The notes under the pieces were generated by a model. It was given only the letters and a program-made list of their open reading frames with translations, was not told the DNA's origin and did not search any database. 64,000 bases of DNA from an uncultured Fibrobacterota bacterium (GTDB lineage: Bacteria; Fibrobacterota; Chitinivibrionia; Chitinivibrionales; FEN-1185): NCBI GenBank assembly GCA_963729895.1, contig CAVSQB010000003.1, forward strand, positions 32,001 through 96,000. The letters are read 5' to 3'. The number at the start of each line of letters is the position of its first letter. The stretch's first letter is position 1. Made by a program: the position numbers and the translations under genes. Below are positions 39,203-49,166 of this stretch, in pieces.

Positions 39203-39598
39203 TCACCTCAACCGCACCAAAGTCGCGCCCTCCCCGCCGTCTTTCGGCGCGGCAGCGGTGAAACTCTTTATCCGCGGATCATTTTCTCCTTCCAGCCAGC
39301 GCAGCACGGCGGTTTTGAGCACCCCGGCCTCGCCCGGCGCGGAATGCAGCCCGTATCCGTGGACCACGAGCAGTTCCGCCACGCCGCGGCATGCGCATTC
39401 ATCAATCGCATCGCGCAATGCCGCAAGCGCGGGGCCCACCGTCATGCCGTGGAGGTCGAGGGTCTTTCGCATGTTCCCGCGCTTCGTTTTGCCAACGGCA
39501 TTCTTCTTCTTCATGCCGGGCGATGCGGCAGCGTCCTTGTCGCGAACCCCGTACCGTGCAAGATGGTCAAAAATAATTTTTCTGGGGTCGGCGATCAT
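39203..39598 (-). CDS. Smr domain protein
   Basis: LDLHGMT, VVHGYG, GVLK, GGEGATLV. Confidence 0.88.
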   Translation of the reverse strand: MIADPRKIIFDHLARYGVRDKDAAASPGMKKKNAVGKTKRGNMRKTLDLHGMTVGPALAALRDAIDECACRGVAELLVVHGYGLHSAPGEAGVLKTAVLRWLEGENDPRIKSFTAAAPKDGGEGATLVRLR

Positions 39599-39735
39599 GG
39601 GTTGAGTGATTTCCAAACAGGAGAGAACGTTGCCCAAAATACAGTTTATTTTTTGTCAAATAGCCGATGTTCGCATTGCGGGTCTCATCACGTCGCATTG
39701 ATGGACATTCGATTGCGCGATTCTCGGTTGCGCAT

Positions 39736-39907
39736 GCGTTAGGCGGGACCGCAGCGGTCCCGCTGTAGCGGGATTGCCGCCTGATCCCCAGCCGAAGGCG
39801 GTAGGGACAGGCGGCAACGAGGCCGAACGGCCGAGCCCGGAGGGAGAGCCGCCCCGCCTTTGCGGAGACGCACTGCGTGCGTCTCCGCAAAGGCGGGGAA
39901 CGCCCAA
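39736..39907 (-). repeat. structured intergenic repeat, copy B, containing a perfect 22-bp palindrome
   Basis: Reverse complement reads ttgggcgttccc...gctcggccgttcggcctcgttgccg...cggcaa...cctaacgc. Confidence 0.8.
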
Positions 39908-39968
39908 ATCATTTGATAGTTTCCGAGACAAATCGATCTAACTTTTGCAAACATAAACAGCCGCCCGT

Positions 39969-40463
39969 CTATCTTTGGAGCTTCTTCATCTCATCCGTAA
40001 TGTACCTCACATGCTTCAATTCCTCCTGCAAGATTCTTCCCACATCGTTCTTCCCGAGCGTCTCGGGCACCAGGTTCAGAAAGGTGGAATACAGCACTAC
40101 CGAGTCCTTTTCAAACGTGAGCGCCATGGAAAGGGCGTCGATCGCGGTCTTGCAGCGCGACACCAGCCCGGGGATGTCGGCGCCGGCCTTGAAAATATGC
40201 GTGTCGGCCGCCGCCCTGAGGTACAGCGACAGCTCGTCTTGGGGATCGTAGGAAAGGTGCTCGCGCTCTTTTTCGGGAAGGCCAGCCCGCAGCTTCGAAA
40301 AAAGTTCTATGTGCCCGGCCTCCCATTTGGCAAGGCGCCCGAGGAAATCCTTCACCGTTGCCTGCTGCGAAGCGTCGGCCGCGGCTTCATAAAATGCCTT
40401 TCCGTTCTTCTCTATCCGGACGCCGATCTCATAGATCTCGTCGGCACTGTATGAGAGCGCCAT
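39969..40463 (-). CDS. ferritin-like/rubrerythrin-family protein
   Basis: IEKNGKAFY, WEAGH, FEKDSVVLY, EELKH diiron motifs. Confidence 0.88.
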   Translation of the reverse strand: MALSYSADEIYEIGVRIEKNGKAFYEAAADASQQATVKDFLGRLAKWEAGHIELFSKLRAGLPEKEREHLSYDPQDELSLYLRAAADTHIFKAGADIPGLVSRCKTAIDALSMALTFEKDSVVLYSTFLNLVPETLGKNDVGRILQEELKHVRYITDEMKKLQR

Positions 40464-40499
40464 ATGCTCCTCCTCGGATGATGGTTTCCCGTTTCGTCG

Positions 40500-41831
40500 T
40501 CAGGTCGGGGCGCACGCGGACGCGTACCGGTCGAAATCGATCCAATCGGCCTTGATCGCGGACTTCGGCATCGCGCCTTTCTCGTACACGTCGCATGGCC
40601 CTTTGTCAAGAATCCCGTCCAGCACGCGCCACGACAGTTCGGTTTCCTCGCCGTTCACAAACAGCGTATGGTCGCCACGCACCGCGTCGAGCAGCAGCTT
40701 CTGATACGCTTCCGGGATTTCGCCGGCGAACGCATCGTTGTAACAGAACGTCATCTGCGTGTCGGTAAGGCGGACGTCGGTGCCCGGATTCTTGCTCGAC
40801 AGTTTGACGACGATGCCGGGAGCGGGCTGGATGTTGAACACGATGAGGTTGCTCGAAAGCGCGCCGGAGGCATTGTACAGGGTGCGTGGCAGCTCTCTGA
40901 ACCTGATGCCGATCTCGGTGCCCGTGCGGTGGAGCGCCTTTCCCGTGCGGATAAGCACCGGCATGCCGCGCCACCTCTCATTGTCGATGGCAAGCGACAA
41001 CTCGGCAAAAGTCTCGGTGGTCGAATCCGGCGCAACGCCTTTTTCCGAGAGATATCCGCGGTATTGGGCCCGGCGGCACTGCCGCACCGAGAGCGCACGC
41101 AACACGTCCATCTTGCGTCTGCGGATTTCTTCTGCGTCAAGTGTTGCCGGCGGCTCCATGGCGATAAGGCACAGCAGCTGCATCAGGTGGTTCTGCACCA
41201 TATCGCGGAGAATGCCGGCCTTGTCGAAATACTGCGACCGCTCCGACACCGTGTATTGCTCGCATGCGTTGATTTGTATCGATTCCACATGCCGGCTGTT
41301 CCAGACCGGATCGAACAGGGAATTGGCAAACCGGAACACGAGGATATTCTGGACAGCTTCCTTGGCAAGGTAGTGGTCGTTCCGGAAGATCTGGGATTCG
41401 CCGAAGAACCGGGTAAGCTCGCGGTTCAGCAGCGCCGCGGATTTGAAATCGGAACCGAACGGTTTTTCGATAATGATGGAGGCTTCCCTCCCGAACCCTT
41501 CGGCCACGAGTTCACCCGCGGTGCGGGCATAGGCATCGGGCGGCAGCGCGAAGAAAAAAATGAGGCGTGAAAACTCGCCCCGCGAGGCGAGGAATTTCCT
41601 GAGGCCAGCAATTCCCTGATGATACGTGAGCAGCCGGGCAAATTCGCCGGAAACGCCGAAGCGGTTCCGGAATTGTTCGTCGGTGAATGCAGTGCGACCT
41701 TCGCCGGTAATAAGAAAGCAGTCACCCAGCTCGCCGCGCTGGTGCAGCCGTTGCAGGGCGGGGACGAGCTTCTTTCTTGTCAAATCGCCCGATGCGCCGA
41801 GGATAACAATCGCATTGCACGCCATGGTCAT
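40500..41831 (-). CDS. zwf: glucose-6-phosphate 1-dehydrogenase
   Basis: GASGDLTRKKL, IEKPFG, RNDHYLAKE, LRDMVQNHL, RTGK. Confidence 0.93.
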   Translation of the reverse strand: MTMACNAIVILGASGDLTRKKLVPALQRLHQRGELGDCFLITGEGRTAFTDEQFRNRFGVSGEFARLLTYHQGIAGLRKFLASRGEFSRLIFFFALPPDAYARTAGELVAEGFGREASIIIEKPFGSDFKSAALLNRELTRFFGESQIFRNDHYLAKEAVQNILVFRFANSLFDPVWNSRHVESIQINACEQYTVSERSQYFDKAGILRDMVQNHLMQLLCLIAMEPPATLDAEEIRRRKMDVLRALSVRQCRRAQYRGYLSEKGVAPDSTTETFAELSLAIDNERWRGMPVLIRTGKALHRTGTEIGIRFRELPRTLYNASGALSSNLIVFNIQPAPGIVVKLSSKNPGTDVRLTDTQMTFCYNDAFAGEIPEAYQKLLLDAVRGDHTLFVNGEETELSWRVLDGILDKGPCDVYEKGAMPKSAIKADWIDFDRYASACAPT

Positions 41832-41995
41832 TGCTTCCGTCTATTTCGATGTGCACATCCCGGCACGCGGGCCCCGGTGCGCAGCCTGCATCCGCTGCAG
41901 CGCGAGTCGGAACACCACTGGCACAAAAGGCAATCCGCACACGGGTGTTTTTTCGCCGCAGCACTCTTTGTTAAGGACTTTCCGGTGCCTGCCAC
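41828..41995 (-). CDS. small Cys-rich protein (about 55 aa)
   Basis: KKHPCADCLLCQWCSDSRCSGCR; fills the gap between rubredoxin and zwf, stop overlaps the zwf ATG. Confidence 0.6.
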   Translation of the reverse strand: MAGTGKSLTKSAAAKKHPCADCLLCQWCSDSRCSGCRLRTGARVPGCAHRNRRKQ

Positions 41996-42002
41996 GCCAC
42001 GC

Positions 42003-42161
42003 CTATTCTGCGGTAAAGTCGTCTTTGCCGACTCCGCATTGAGGGCAGGCCCAATCGGAGGGGATGTCCTCGAACGCCGTACCGGGAGCAATCCCGCCGT
42101 CCGGGTCGCCTGCAGCAGGATCGTAAATCCACCCGCACGCGTTACAAACATAGCGTTTCAT
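42003..42161 (-). CDS. rubredoxin
   Basis: Manual translation [61 protein letters not shown]; below the ORF-track length cutoff. Confidence 0.95.
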   Translation of the reverse strand: MKRYVCNACGWIYDPAAGDPDGGIAPGTAFEDIPSDWACPQCGVGKDDFTAE

Positions 42162-42250
42162 ACATTCCTCCTGGCAAAGCCCAATTTGTATGATTTCGTT
42201 TCTAACTCACCCCATCGCCCCCTGCCCGAAGGGCGGGGAGTTAGGGTGAG

Positions 42251-42826
42251 TTACCAGTTTTCCGCCAGCACTTCAAAATACGCCTGAGGATGGTTGCACG
42301 CGGGGCAATTTTTTGGCGCCTCGGTTGCTTCGTGAACAAACCCGCAGTTGCTGCACCGCCAGTACACCTTGCCGTTCTTTTTGAACACGGTGCCCTGCTC
42401 CACGTTGGCCAAGAGAGCGCGGTATCGCTTTTCGTGCTGGGCCTCGGCAACGCCTATCATCTTGTACATCGTTGCCACCTCGGAAAACCCTTCGTCAACC
42501 GCGGCCTTTGCAAAGGAAGGATAGAGAAGCGTGTGTTCCTCCAACTCGCCTGCAGCGCTTGCGGCAAGATTCTCGGCGGTCGTGCCGATCTTCCCCGCAG
42601 GGTACGATGCGGTAATATCGGCCGAACCGCCTTCGAGGAACTTGAACATGCGCTTGGCGTGTTCTTTCTCGTTTTCCGCGGTTTCTTCGAAGACGTTGGC
42701 GATCTGGACAAACCCTTCCTTTTTTGCAACGCTTGCGAAATAGGTATAGCGGTTGCGCGCCTGGGATTCTCCCGCAAACGACGCGCACAGGTTCTTTTCG
42801 GTCTTTGTTCCTTTAAGGGGCTTCAT
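42251..42826 (-). CDS. rbr: rubrerythrin
   Basis: SFAGESQARNRY, NEKEHA, AEAQHE, C-terminal CSNCG...CPACNHP. Confidence 0.95.
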   Translation of the reverse strand: MKPLKGTKTEKNLCASFAGESQARNRYTYFASVAKKEGFVQIANVFEETAENEKEHAKRMFKFLEGGSADITASYPAGKIGTTAENLAASAAGELEEHTLLYPSFAKAAVDEGFSEVATMYKMIGVAEAQHEKRYRALLANVEQGTVFKKNGKVYWRCSNCGFVHEATEAPKNCPACNHPQAYFEVLAENW

Positions 42827-42921
42827 CGGCGTACCCTTTCTTGTAGAGGTGTCAATGATTTTCCCACGCAGGTCACAAAAATACCTTGGCCCTTGGACGG
42901 TGATCAAGGAAATAAGGGGAA

Positions 42922-43143
42922 TCAGCGCGCAGTCGATGCAACAAACCGAGCCGCCACCTGTTCCGCCGCCAGAACCTCCTCCACCGCGGTCCTGTCGCCC
43001 TCGTCAATCTGAAGCGCAATACCGCATTCGGCGGTGATTTCCCGGGGAACGGGGATGGCCTGGCACGAAATCCCGCTGCGCCTGCAGGCACGCTCCGCGG
43101 CGATGGCCGCACGCGTGGATTCGAAAAGGACGATAAGGTTCAT
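42922..43143 (-). CDS. DUF3343 family protein
   Basis: FESTRAAIAAE...IPVPREITAECGIAL. Confidence 0.85.
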   Translation of the reverse strand: MNLIVLFESTRAAIAAERACRRSGISCQAIPVPREITAECGIALQIDEGDRTAVEEVLAAEQVAARFVASTAR

Positions 43144-43149
43144 GGGACG

Positions 43150-43755
43150 TTACGGCTGCACCACGCTGCCGGCGTTGCTGAGCGTTTCGAGGATCGTGTA
43201 CATGTTCGACACGGCGCCCACCCGGAGCTTGTCCTTGACATTAAAGTAGTCCAGGCAGGTGCCGCAGGCCAGAATGGCGATTCCCATGCTTTGGAGCTCC
43301 GCAAGCGGCTCAATCAGCGCGGAACCTTCCACCGCAAGGTGCACGCCTGCGTTGTAGAAAACCAGGTGGCTCGGCAGCGGCGTTACATCCTTGATGGTAT
43401 TCACAAATGCCTTCAGGAGTACGGCCCCGAGCTCGGGGGGTCCGCTTCCCATGGTGTCGCTTGAAAAAACGATCACGTGCGGTTTGCGGGGAACGTCGGG
43501 GCCGCAATAGGCTTTCTCGTCGCCCGCAATAGCCTCCTTGTGAAGTTTTGTCATGGTGAGGGTGAATACGGCGCCTTCCTGCGAAAGCGAAACCGCCACA
43601 CCGTTGTCCTTGCAGAACCGCTCAACGTTCTGCCGCGACGTATCGTTGTCCACGAGCAGCGTCATCCGCCCGCCGGGCGGAAGCTCATTGAGGGCTTTCT
43701 TTGTCAGAATGAGCGGCTTGGGGCACACCATGCCGCGTGCGTCAACAGTATTCAT
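43150..43755 (-). CDS. yedF: sulfurtransferase-like selenium metabolism protein YedF (TusA plus DsrE-like domains)
   Basis: VDARGMVCPKPLI, MGSG..ELG.VL, ACGTCLDY, SNMY. Confidence 0.9.
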   Translation of the reverse strand: MNTVDARGMVCPKPLILTKKALNELPPGGRMTLLVDNDTSRQNVERFCKDNGVAVSLSQEGAVFTLTMTKLHKEAIAGDEKAYCGPDVPRKPHVIVFSSDTMGSGPPELGAVLLKAFVNTIKDVTPLPSHLVFYNAGVHLAVEGSALIEPLAELQSMGIAILACGTCLDYFNVKDKLRVGAVSNMYTILETLSNAGSVVQP

Positions 43756-44824
43756 GCGATGCGTCCTCCTTCGCGTTGTGCGCGAAATACGTTTTCACAA
43801 GATCCGCCCGCGCCTCCCCGCATTCGTCGCGGGTGAGGGACTTTCGGCACCACGCCTGCAGGTGCGCGGGCAGCACAAACAGGGTGAGACGGTTAAGGCC
43901 GTCTATGGTGCATCTGTCAAACAGGTTGCACTCGATCCCGGTTCGCAGTGCGCTCGAAAGGTTGAGAAACTCGTCCACGGCTAGGAACGCCGCCTCCCGC
44001 AGACTTCCCCACGAACCAAGAATTGCCTCGGAAAGCTCCCTTCGCCCCTCCGCAAGCAGGCGCTCACGCGCCTTGCGCTCGAATTCAACCACGTCTTTCA
44101 GCACGCCTGCGACATTGTCAACGAATTCCGCCTCGCCCGCCCCCATGGCAGCACATTTCGACAGCTGGAACAGGTCGCCCGCCTCCGGCAGATTGCCGCC
44201 GAAGAATCCCCGCGTAGAAACACCCGAGCCGCTCGCTCTCTGGAGTACGCCCTCGATGCTGCGCGTGAGCACAAGGCCGGGCAGATGCATAAGGGCCGAA
44301 ACACGCAAACCGCTTCCGGCATCGGCGGGGCGGCAGGTGAGAAATCTTTTGCGGTTATCAAATGCAAAGTCGAGGCGCGTGCCCACCGTGTCGTCGATCG
44401 CGTCGAGCACGGCCCACAGTTCCCGGGGCCGGAGCCCGGCATCGAGCCCTTGCAGCCTCAGGTGGTCTTCCTCGTTCACCATGACGCTCACACGCCGGCT
44501 TTCGTCGTGGATAATGCCCTGGCCGCCATCGCCCGATACGAGCTCCGCGGTGGCGAGCCGTTCCTCAACGAACAGTTCTTGCTGCCTCTTGTCAATCTGC
44601 CCGAACGACACAGCGTTGTACGAACCGCACTCGGCGGTTGCACCAAAAGCGTCAGCCACTTCCTCAAACACCTGCGTCCGCTCGAACAGCGAGGCGCGCG
44701 GGGGAAACCGGTGGTGCGCAAGGTTGCGCGCAAGTCGGACGCGCGTGGAAATCACCACGTCGTTATCCGACCCACCGCACGAAAGCCATGCGGGCATTTT
44801 GTGCGTAAAAACCGATTGCATCAT
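43742..44824 (-). CDS. mcsB: McsB-like ATP:guanido phosphotransferase (protein-arginine kinase family)
   Basis: VISTRVRLARN, MVNEEDHLRLQ, GLRVSALMHLPGL. Confidence 0.82.
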   Translation of the reverse strand: MMQSVFTHKMPAWLSCGGSDNDVVISTRVRLARNLAHHRFPPRASLFERTQVFEEVADAFGATAECGSYNAVSFGQIDKRQQELFVEERLATAELVSGDGGQGIIHDESRRVSVMVNEEDHLRLQGLDAGLRPRELWAVLDAIDDTVGTRLDFAFDNRKRFLTCRPADAGSGLRVSALMHLPGLVLTRSIEGVLQRASGSGVSTRGFFGGNLPEAGDLFQLSKCAAMGAGEAEFVDNVAGVLKDVVEFERKARERLLAEGRRELSEAILGSWGSLREAAFLAVDEFLNLSSALRTGIECNLFDRCTIDGLNRLTLFVLPAHLQAWCRKSLTRDECGEARADLVKTYFAHNAKEDASHEYC

Positions 44825-45342
44825 AAAGGAGCGGCGGGCGGCGACTCTCCCGCATCACGCAGGGCGTCGCGCAAGAGTGCCGCGAGCTCGAACTCCTCCC
44901 TGGATATCGCGGCGGACAATTCACGGCGCATTCGTTGCAGCTCTGCGCCGGCCAGGAGGTCTGCGCTGCGCTTCGAATAGCGTTTCCCCTTGTGCGCTGT
45001 TGCGCCGTGCGCCTGCACGAGAATCGCCTCAATTTCATTCTCGAATTCCTCATAACAGCGCGCGCACCCGAGCCGCCCGGTGGACTTGAACTCCGAGAAT
45101 TTCAGATGGCAATGGCCGCACTCGCGCGCGTCTTCCGACGCCTCAGCCTGCCCCGCGGCCTCGGACCGCGAAAGGGTTCCCAGATGAATTTCCTGGAGTA
45201 ACCCGTCCTCACGAACCTCGACCATGATGCCTTTTTCGCGCGCGCACGTTTCGCACAGGTGGGAGACCGTTGTATGGTTGCCGGAAATCTGGGTGACGTG
45301 GACGGTGGCAGGAAAGGCATGGCAATGTTCACACGGGGTCAT
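44821..45342 (-). CDS. mcsA: McsA-like protein with UvrB/UvrC motif
   Basis: CEHC, LCETCA, CGHC, GRLGCARCY, HKGK, EEFELAALLRD. Confidence 0.88.
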   Translation of the reverse strand: MTPCEHCHAFPATVHVTQISGNHTTVSHLCETCAREKGIMVEVREDGLLQEIHLGTLSRSEAAGQAEASEDARECGHCHLKFSEFKSTGRLGCARCYEEFENEIEAILVQAHGATAHKGKRYSKRSADLLAGAELQRMRRELSAAISREEFELAALLRDALRDAGESPPAAPL

Positions 45343-45456
45343 GATAACATTTCCTTTGTTGACTGATCTTTGGACTTCAAAGTTGATGTTTACAACACTG
45401 ATAATCGGTCCGTGCTTCGGGCAAAAAATGAGAAAAATCGAACATTTTTCTCTTCC

Positions 45457-45595
45457 GCGCCAAGCCGGACTGCAACGGTGCGCAAAAGCGCAGTGCCGGT
45501 CGACCCGGCCTATAGGCATTGGGGCGATCCGGCACCGAGGCCGAAAGGCCGAGCTCGTAAGGAGGGCCCCCGCTGCGCAGCAGCGGGGCGCCCAA
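45457..45595 (-). repeat. structured intergenic repeat, copy C
   Basis: Reverse complement reads ttgggcgcccc...gctcggcctttcggcctcggtgccg...cggcactgcgct...cttggcgc. Confidence 0.78.
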
Positions 45596-45629
45596 TTTCT
45601 TCTGTTTTGACAAACGTATCGTTTATCAC

Positions 45630-46304
45630 CTATTTACTCACTATCTTCCCGTCTTCAATGTAAATCGTCCGGTGCATCCCCTCCGTCAGTTCCGGATTGT
45701 GCGTTGCGACGAGAAACGTCTGCTTCATTTCTCTATTCGCCCTCCGAAACAACTCGAGCAGGAGCCGTGCGTTCTGTTTGTCAAGATTGCCCGTTGGTTC
45801 GTCCGCCAGAATGAGGGCCGGTTCGTTGAACAGCGACCGGGCGAGCGCCACGCGCTGTCGCTCTCCGCCGGACAGCTCCGAAGGATAATGGCTCCCTTGG
45901 CGCGAAAGTCCCAATACGTCGAGCAGCTCCCGGCCGCGGTCCGCGCACCGGCGGGCGGTCTTGCCCGCGATAATGCCCGGGATCATTATGTTTTCGAGGG
46001 CCGTAAAATCCGGCAGCAGGTGATGGAACTGGAACACGAACCCCAGCGAAAGGTTGCGGAACGCGGCAAGCTCGCCGGCCGACATGGCCCCGAGCAGCGT
46101 TCCGTTGATGCGCACGTCGCCGGACGTGGGCCGGTCCAGGCCGCCCAGGATCTGCAGAAGCGTAGTCTTGCCCGCTCCCGACACGCCCACCAGCGACACC
46201 ATTTCGCCTTTGTCTATAACAAACGAAGCGTCTTTGATCACATCAAACGCGCCGGCTTCGTCCACGAACGTCCTTGTCAAACCGGCTACTGCGACCATGT
46301 TCAT
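45630..46304 (-). CDS. lolD: lipoprotein-releasing ABC transporter ATPase
   Basis: GVSGAGKTT, GFVFQFHHLLPDF, LSGGERQR, ADEPTGNLD. Confidence 0.9.
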   Translation of the reverse strand: MNMVAVAGLTRTFVDEAGAFDVIKDASFVIDKGEMVSLVGVSGAGKTTLLQILGGLDRPTSGDVRINGTLLGAMSAGELAAFRNLSLGFVFQFHHLLPDFTALENIMIPGIIAGKTARRCADRGRELLDVLGLSRQGSHYPSELSGGERQRVALARSLFNEPALILADEPTGNLDKQNARLLLELFRRANREMKQTFLVATHNPELTEGMHRTIYIEDGKIVSK

Positions 46305-46313
46305 GCGCGTCCC

Positions 46314-47561
46314 CTACTCTATCCGGATGCTTTCCGCGGGCAGCACGCGCGAGGCGCTCCACGCCGGATACAGGGTGGCGAGGAAACAGATGATGTTTGC
46401 CGTAATGTAAATGCCGACAACGTCGATCCAGCGGGTAAACACGGGAAGCGTGTCGATGAAATAAATGTCGCCCGGCAGCGGGATAAACCGGTAGTGGAAC
46501 TGGAGGAAGCACAGCCCTACCCCGAACGCCACGCCGAGCGTGGAGCCGAGCATGCCGATCACCACGCCGTTAAACATGAAGATCCGCATGATGGAACCGC
46601 TCGTTGCGCCCATGCCCATGAGGATGCCGATCTCGCGGCGCTTTTCGATTATCATCATGACAAGCGACGACACGATATTGAACCCGGCGACGAGGATGAT
46701 GAGCGATATCACGATGAAGATGACGTACCGCTCCAGGCGCATCCATTCGAACAGCGACTTGTTCTGCGATTTCCAGTCGATGGATCGGTACGGGTACCCG
46801 CCGAGCGTATCCTTGACGGCACGCGCGATCGCGTCGGCCTTGAACAGGTCGGTGGTTCGTATTGCAATGCCTTCCACGCCTTTCATTGAGAACAGGCTTT
46901 CGCACGAGCGGATGGAAACATACACAAGATTGAGGTCATATTCGTACATGCCCGTCTCGAAAATGCCGCGCACCACGAACCGAGCCATCGGGATCGAGGT
47001 GATCTCGCCGCTCGCGGCTTCGTCGGTGAGCCCGCCCACCACCACTTCCGCGCCGGGCCGAACGCCCATCTTGTCGGCCATGCCCATGCCGATCACGATG
47101 CCGGGCAGCTTTCTGTTCCTGGTTGACACACCAGAATCGAGCGCGAAGGTCCCGAACATCATCTTGCGGCCCACTTCGGTGACCGTCGTTTCGGTGGCGG
47201 CTTCCGCGCCCATGATCATCACGCCTTCCTTGACGGATTCGTATTCTATGCCGCCCTTTTCCATGATGTAGGGGGTGGCCGCAACCACGTCCCGGCACTT
47301 GAGGATTCGCAGGCGCAGCGAATCGTAATTCACCACGGGCCTGCTGTAGTACTGGAGGATCTTGGCGTGTGCGGTGATGCCCACGATCCGGTCGCGCACT
47401 TCTTTTTCGAACCCGTTGGCAACGGAGAGCGCCACCACGAGCACCAGAGACCCGAGAAAAACGCCGGCCGCGGATGTCCACGTGATGAATGAGATGAACC
47501 CCATCCTGCGCTTGCCGCGCAGGTATCGCATGGCGATAAAGAGTTCCATGGAACGGGCCAT
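46314..47561 (-). CDS. lolC: lipoprotein-releasing ABC transporter permease LolC/E
   Basis: IAMRYLR, SVANGFE, FETGMYEYD, EKRREIGIL, TLYPAWSA. Confidence 0.9.
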   Translation of the reverse strand: MARSMELFIAMRYLRGKRRMGFISFITWTSAAGVFLGSLVLVVALSVANGFEKEVRDRIVGITAHAKILQYYSRPVVNYDSLRLRILKCRDVVAATPYIMEKGGIEYESVKEGVMIMGAEAATETTVTEVGRKMMFGTFALDSGVSTRNRKLPGIVIGMGMADKMGVRPGAEVVVGGLTDEAASGEITSIPMARFVVRGIFETGMYEYDLNLVYVSIRSCESLFSMKGVEGIAIRTTDLFKADAIARAVKDTLGGYPYRSIDWKSQNKSLFEWMRLERYVIFIVISLIILVAGFNIVSSLVMMIIEKRREIGILMGMGATSGSIMRIFMFNGVVIGMLGSTLGVAFGVGLCFLQFHYRFIPLPGDIYFIDTLPVFTRWIDVVGIYITANIICFLATLYPAWSASRVLPAESIRIE

Positions 47562-49075
47562 TAGTATTCCGGCCTCATGAGCGGAAACAGAACCACGTCA
47601 CGCAGGTTTGAAGCATTTGTTAAAAGCGCCGCCACCCGGTCGATTCCCATGCCCCAGCCCGAAATGGGCGGCATGCCGTATTCCATGCACAGCAGGAAAT
47701 CGTTGTCCACTTCCATGGCTTCCATGTCGCCGTGGGCGCGGGCCTGTGCCTGCTCTTCGAACCGCTGCGCCTGGTCGAGGGGATCAACAAGCTCCGAATA
47801 GGCGTTGACAATTTCCCACCCGTTCACCACGAGCTGGAACCGGTCGACGATGAGCGGATTCTTATCGTTCTTCCTCGCCAGCGGCGACAGATCGAGCGGA
47901 TGGTGGATCACGAAGACGGGATTGACAAGCGCTGGACGCGACACCTTCTTGTACAGCAAATCCACCAGGTTCCCGCGGCCTGCATGCGCGACATCCACAT
48001 CGTCCTCAAACGTGATGCCCTTCGCCTTGATATGCGCAAGCAATTCCTCTTTTGTGGCGCACAGGTTGATGTCGATGCCGCAGTCCTTGAGGATAAGGTC
48101 GCGGAAGGAAATCCGGGGCCACGCGCCGTCAAAGGAAATCTGCGTGCCCTCGTAAGTGAGCGTGAGGCCGCCGTTCACCTGTGCAAGAAGGTGTTTGAGC
48201 AGCTTCTCCGTGAAATTCATGTTGTCTTCGTAGTTCCAATAGGCACAGTAGTATTCGAGCAGCGTGAAATCCGGAAGGTGCGATGCGTCGAGCCCTTCGT
48301 TGCGGAAGCAGCGAGCGAATTCGTACACGCGCTCGAAGCCGCCCGCGATCGCCCGCTTGAGGTAGGTTTCCGGCGCAATGCGCAGAAACACATCGATATC
48401 GAGCGCGTTGTGGTGCGTGATGAACGGCCTGGCGAGCGCACCGCACGCCTTGTTGGCGAGCACGGGCGTATCGATCTCCATAAATTGATGTGCGTCGAGA
48501 AACTCGCGGATGGTCCGGATTATCTGCGTTCGCTTCCTGAACCGGTCCATGTGCTCGGGTGAGGTGATAAGGTCCAGGTAGCGCCTGCGGTACACCAGCT
48601 CCTGGTCGGTGAGGCCGTGGAATTTTTCCGGAAGGGGCCGCAGCGATTTGGACAGGAACGTCCACTGGCTCACATCGATGGTCTTCTCGCCGGTCCTGGT
48701 GGTGATGATTTCTCCCTCGATCCCCACGAAATCGCCCATGTCAACGGTCTTCATGAACAGCTCGAACTGCTGCTGCAGTTTGTTCTTCTGCAGCGCGAAC
48801 TGCATGCTGCCGGAACAGTCGAGCATGTGGCAGAACGTGAGCTTGCCGAAGCCGCGGATCGCGGTGACGCGGCCCGCGGCCCGCACCGGCTTCGTGCCGT
48901 CGGCCAGAGCCCTGGCATCCGCGAGCAGGTGCGTTTTTTCAAAACGCTCCGCGTACGGCAGAACTCCGGCATCGCGAAGCAATTTCAATTTCTCTATTCG
49001 TACCGCTCTCTGGTCGCTTGGCGCTCCGGCAAGTTCCACGGAATACTGCTCCTTGCGGTGGGTGGATTGTTCCAA
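47561..49075 (-). CDS. lysS: lysyl-tRNA synthetase (class II)
   Basis: LPEKFHGL, RRRYLDL, ARPFITHHN, LRIAPE, FRNEG, YGMPP..GWGMGIDR. Confidence 0.97.
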   Translation of the reverse strand: MEQSTHRKEQYSVELAGAPSDQRAVRIEKLKLLRDAGVLPYAERFEKTHLLADARALADGTKPVRAAGRVTAIRGFGKLTFCHMLDCSGSMQFALQKNKLQQQFELFMKTVDMGDFVGIEGEIITTRTGEKTIDVSQWTFLSKSLRPLPEKFHGLTDQELVYRRRYLDLITSPEHMDRFRKRTQIIRTIREFLDAHQFMEIDTPVLANKACGALARPFITHHNALDIDVFLRIAPETYLKRAIAGGFERVYEFARCFRNEGLDASHLPDFTLLEYYCAYWNYEDNMNFTEKLLKHLLAQVNGGLTLTYEGTQISFDGAWPRISFRDLILKDCGIDINLCATKEELLAHIKAKGITFEDDVDVAHAGRGNLVDLLYKKVSRPALVNPVFVIHHPLDLSPLARKNDKNPLIVDRFQLVVNGWEIVNAYSELVDPLDQAQRFEEQAQARAHGDMEAMEVDNDFLLCMEYGMPPISGWGMGIDRVAALLTNASNLRDVVLFPLMRPEY

Positions 49076-49166
49076 GGAAATCTGAATGCAAAGACCATCA
49101 AAAATACTTGATTCGGAGCTGCAAACCGTGAGGAATGTTTGGAGGGAGGGAAAGATGGATGTAGGC

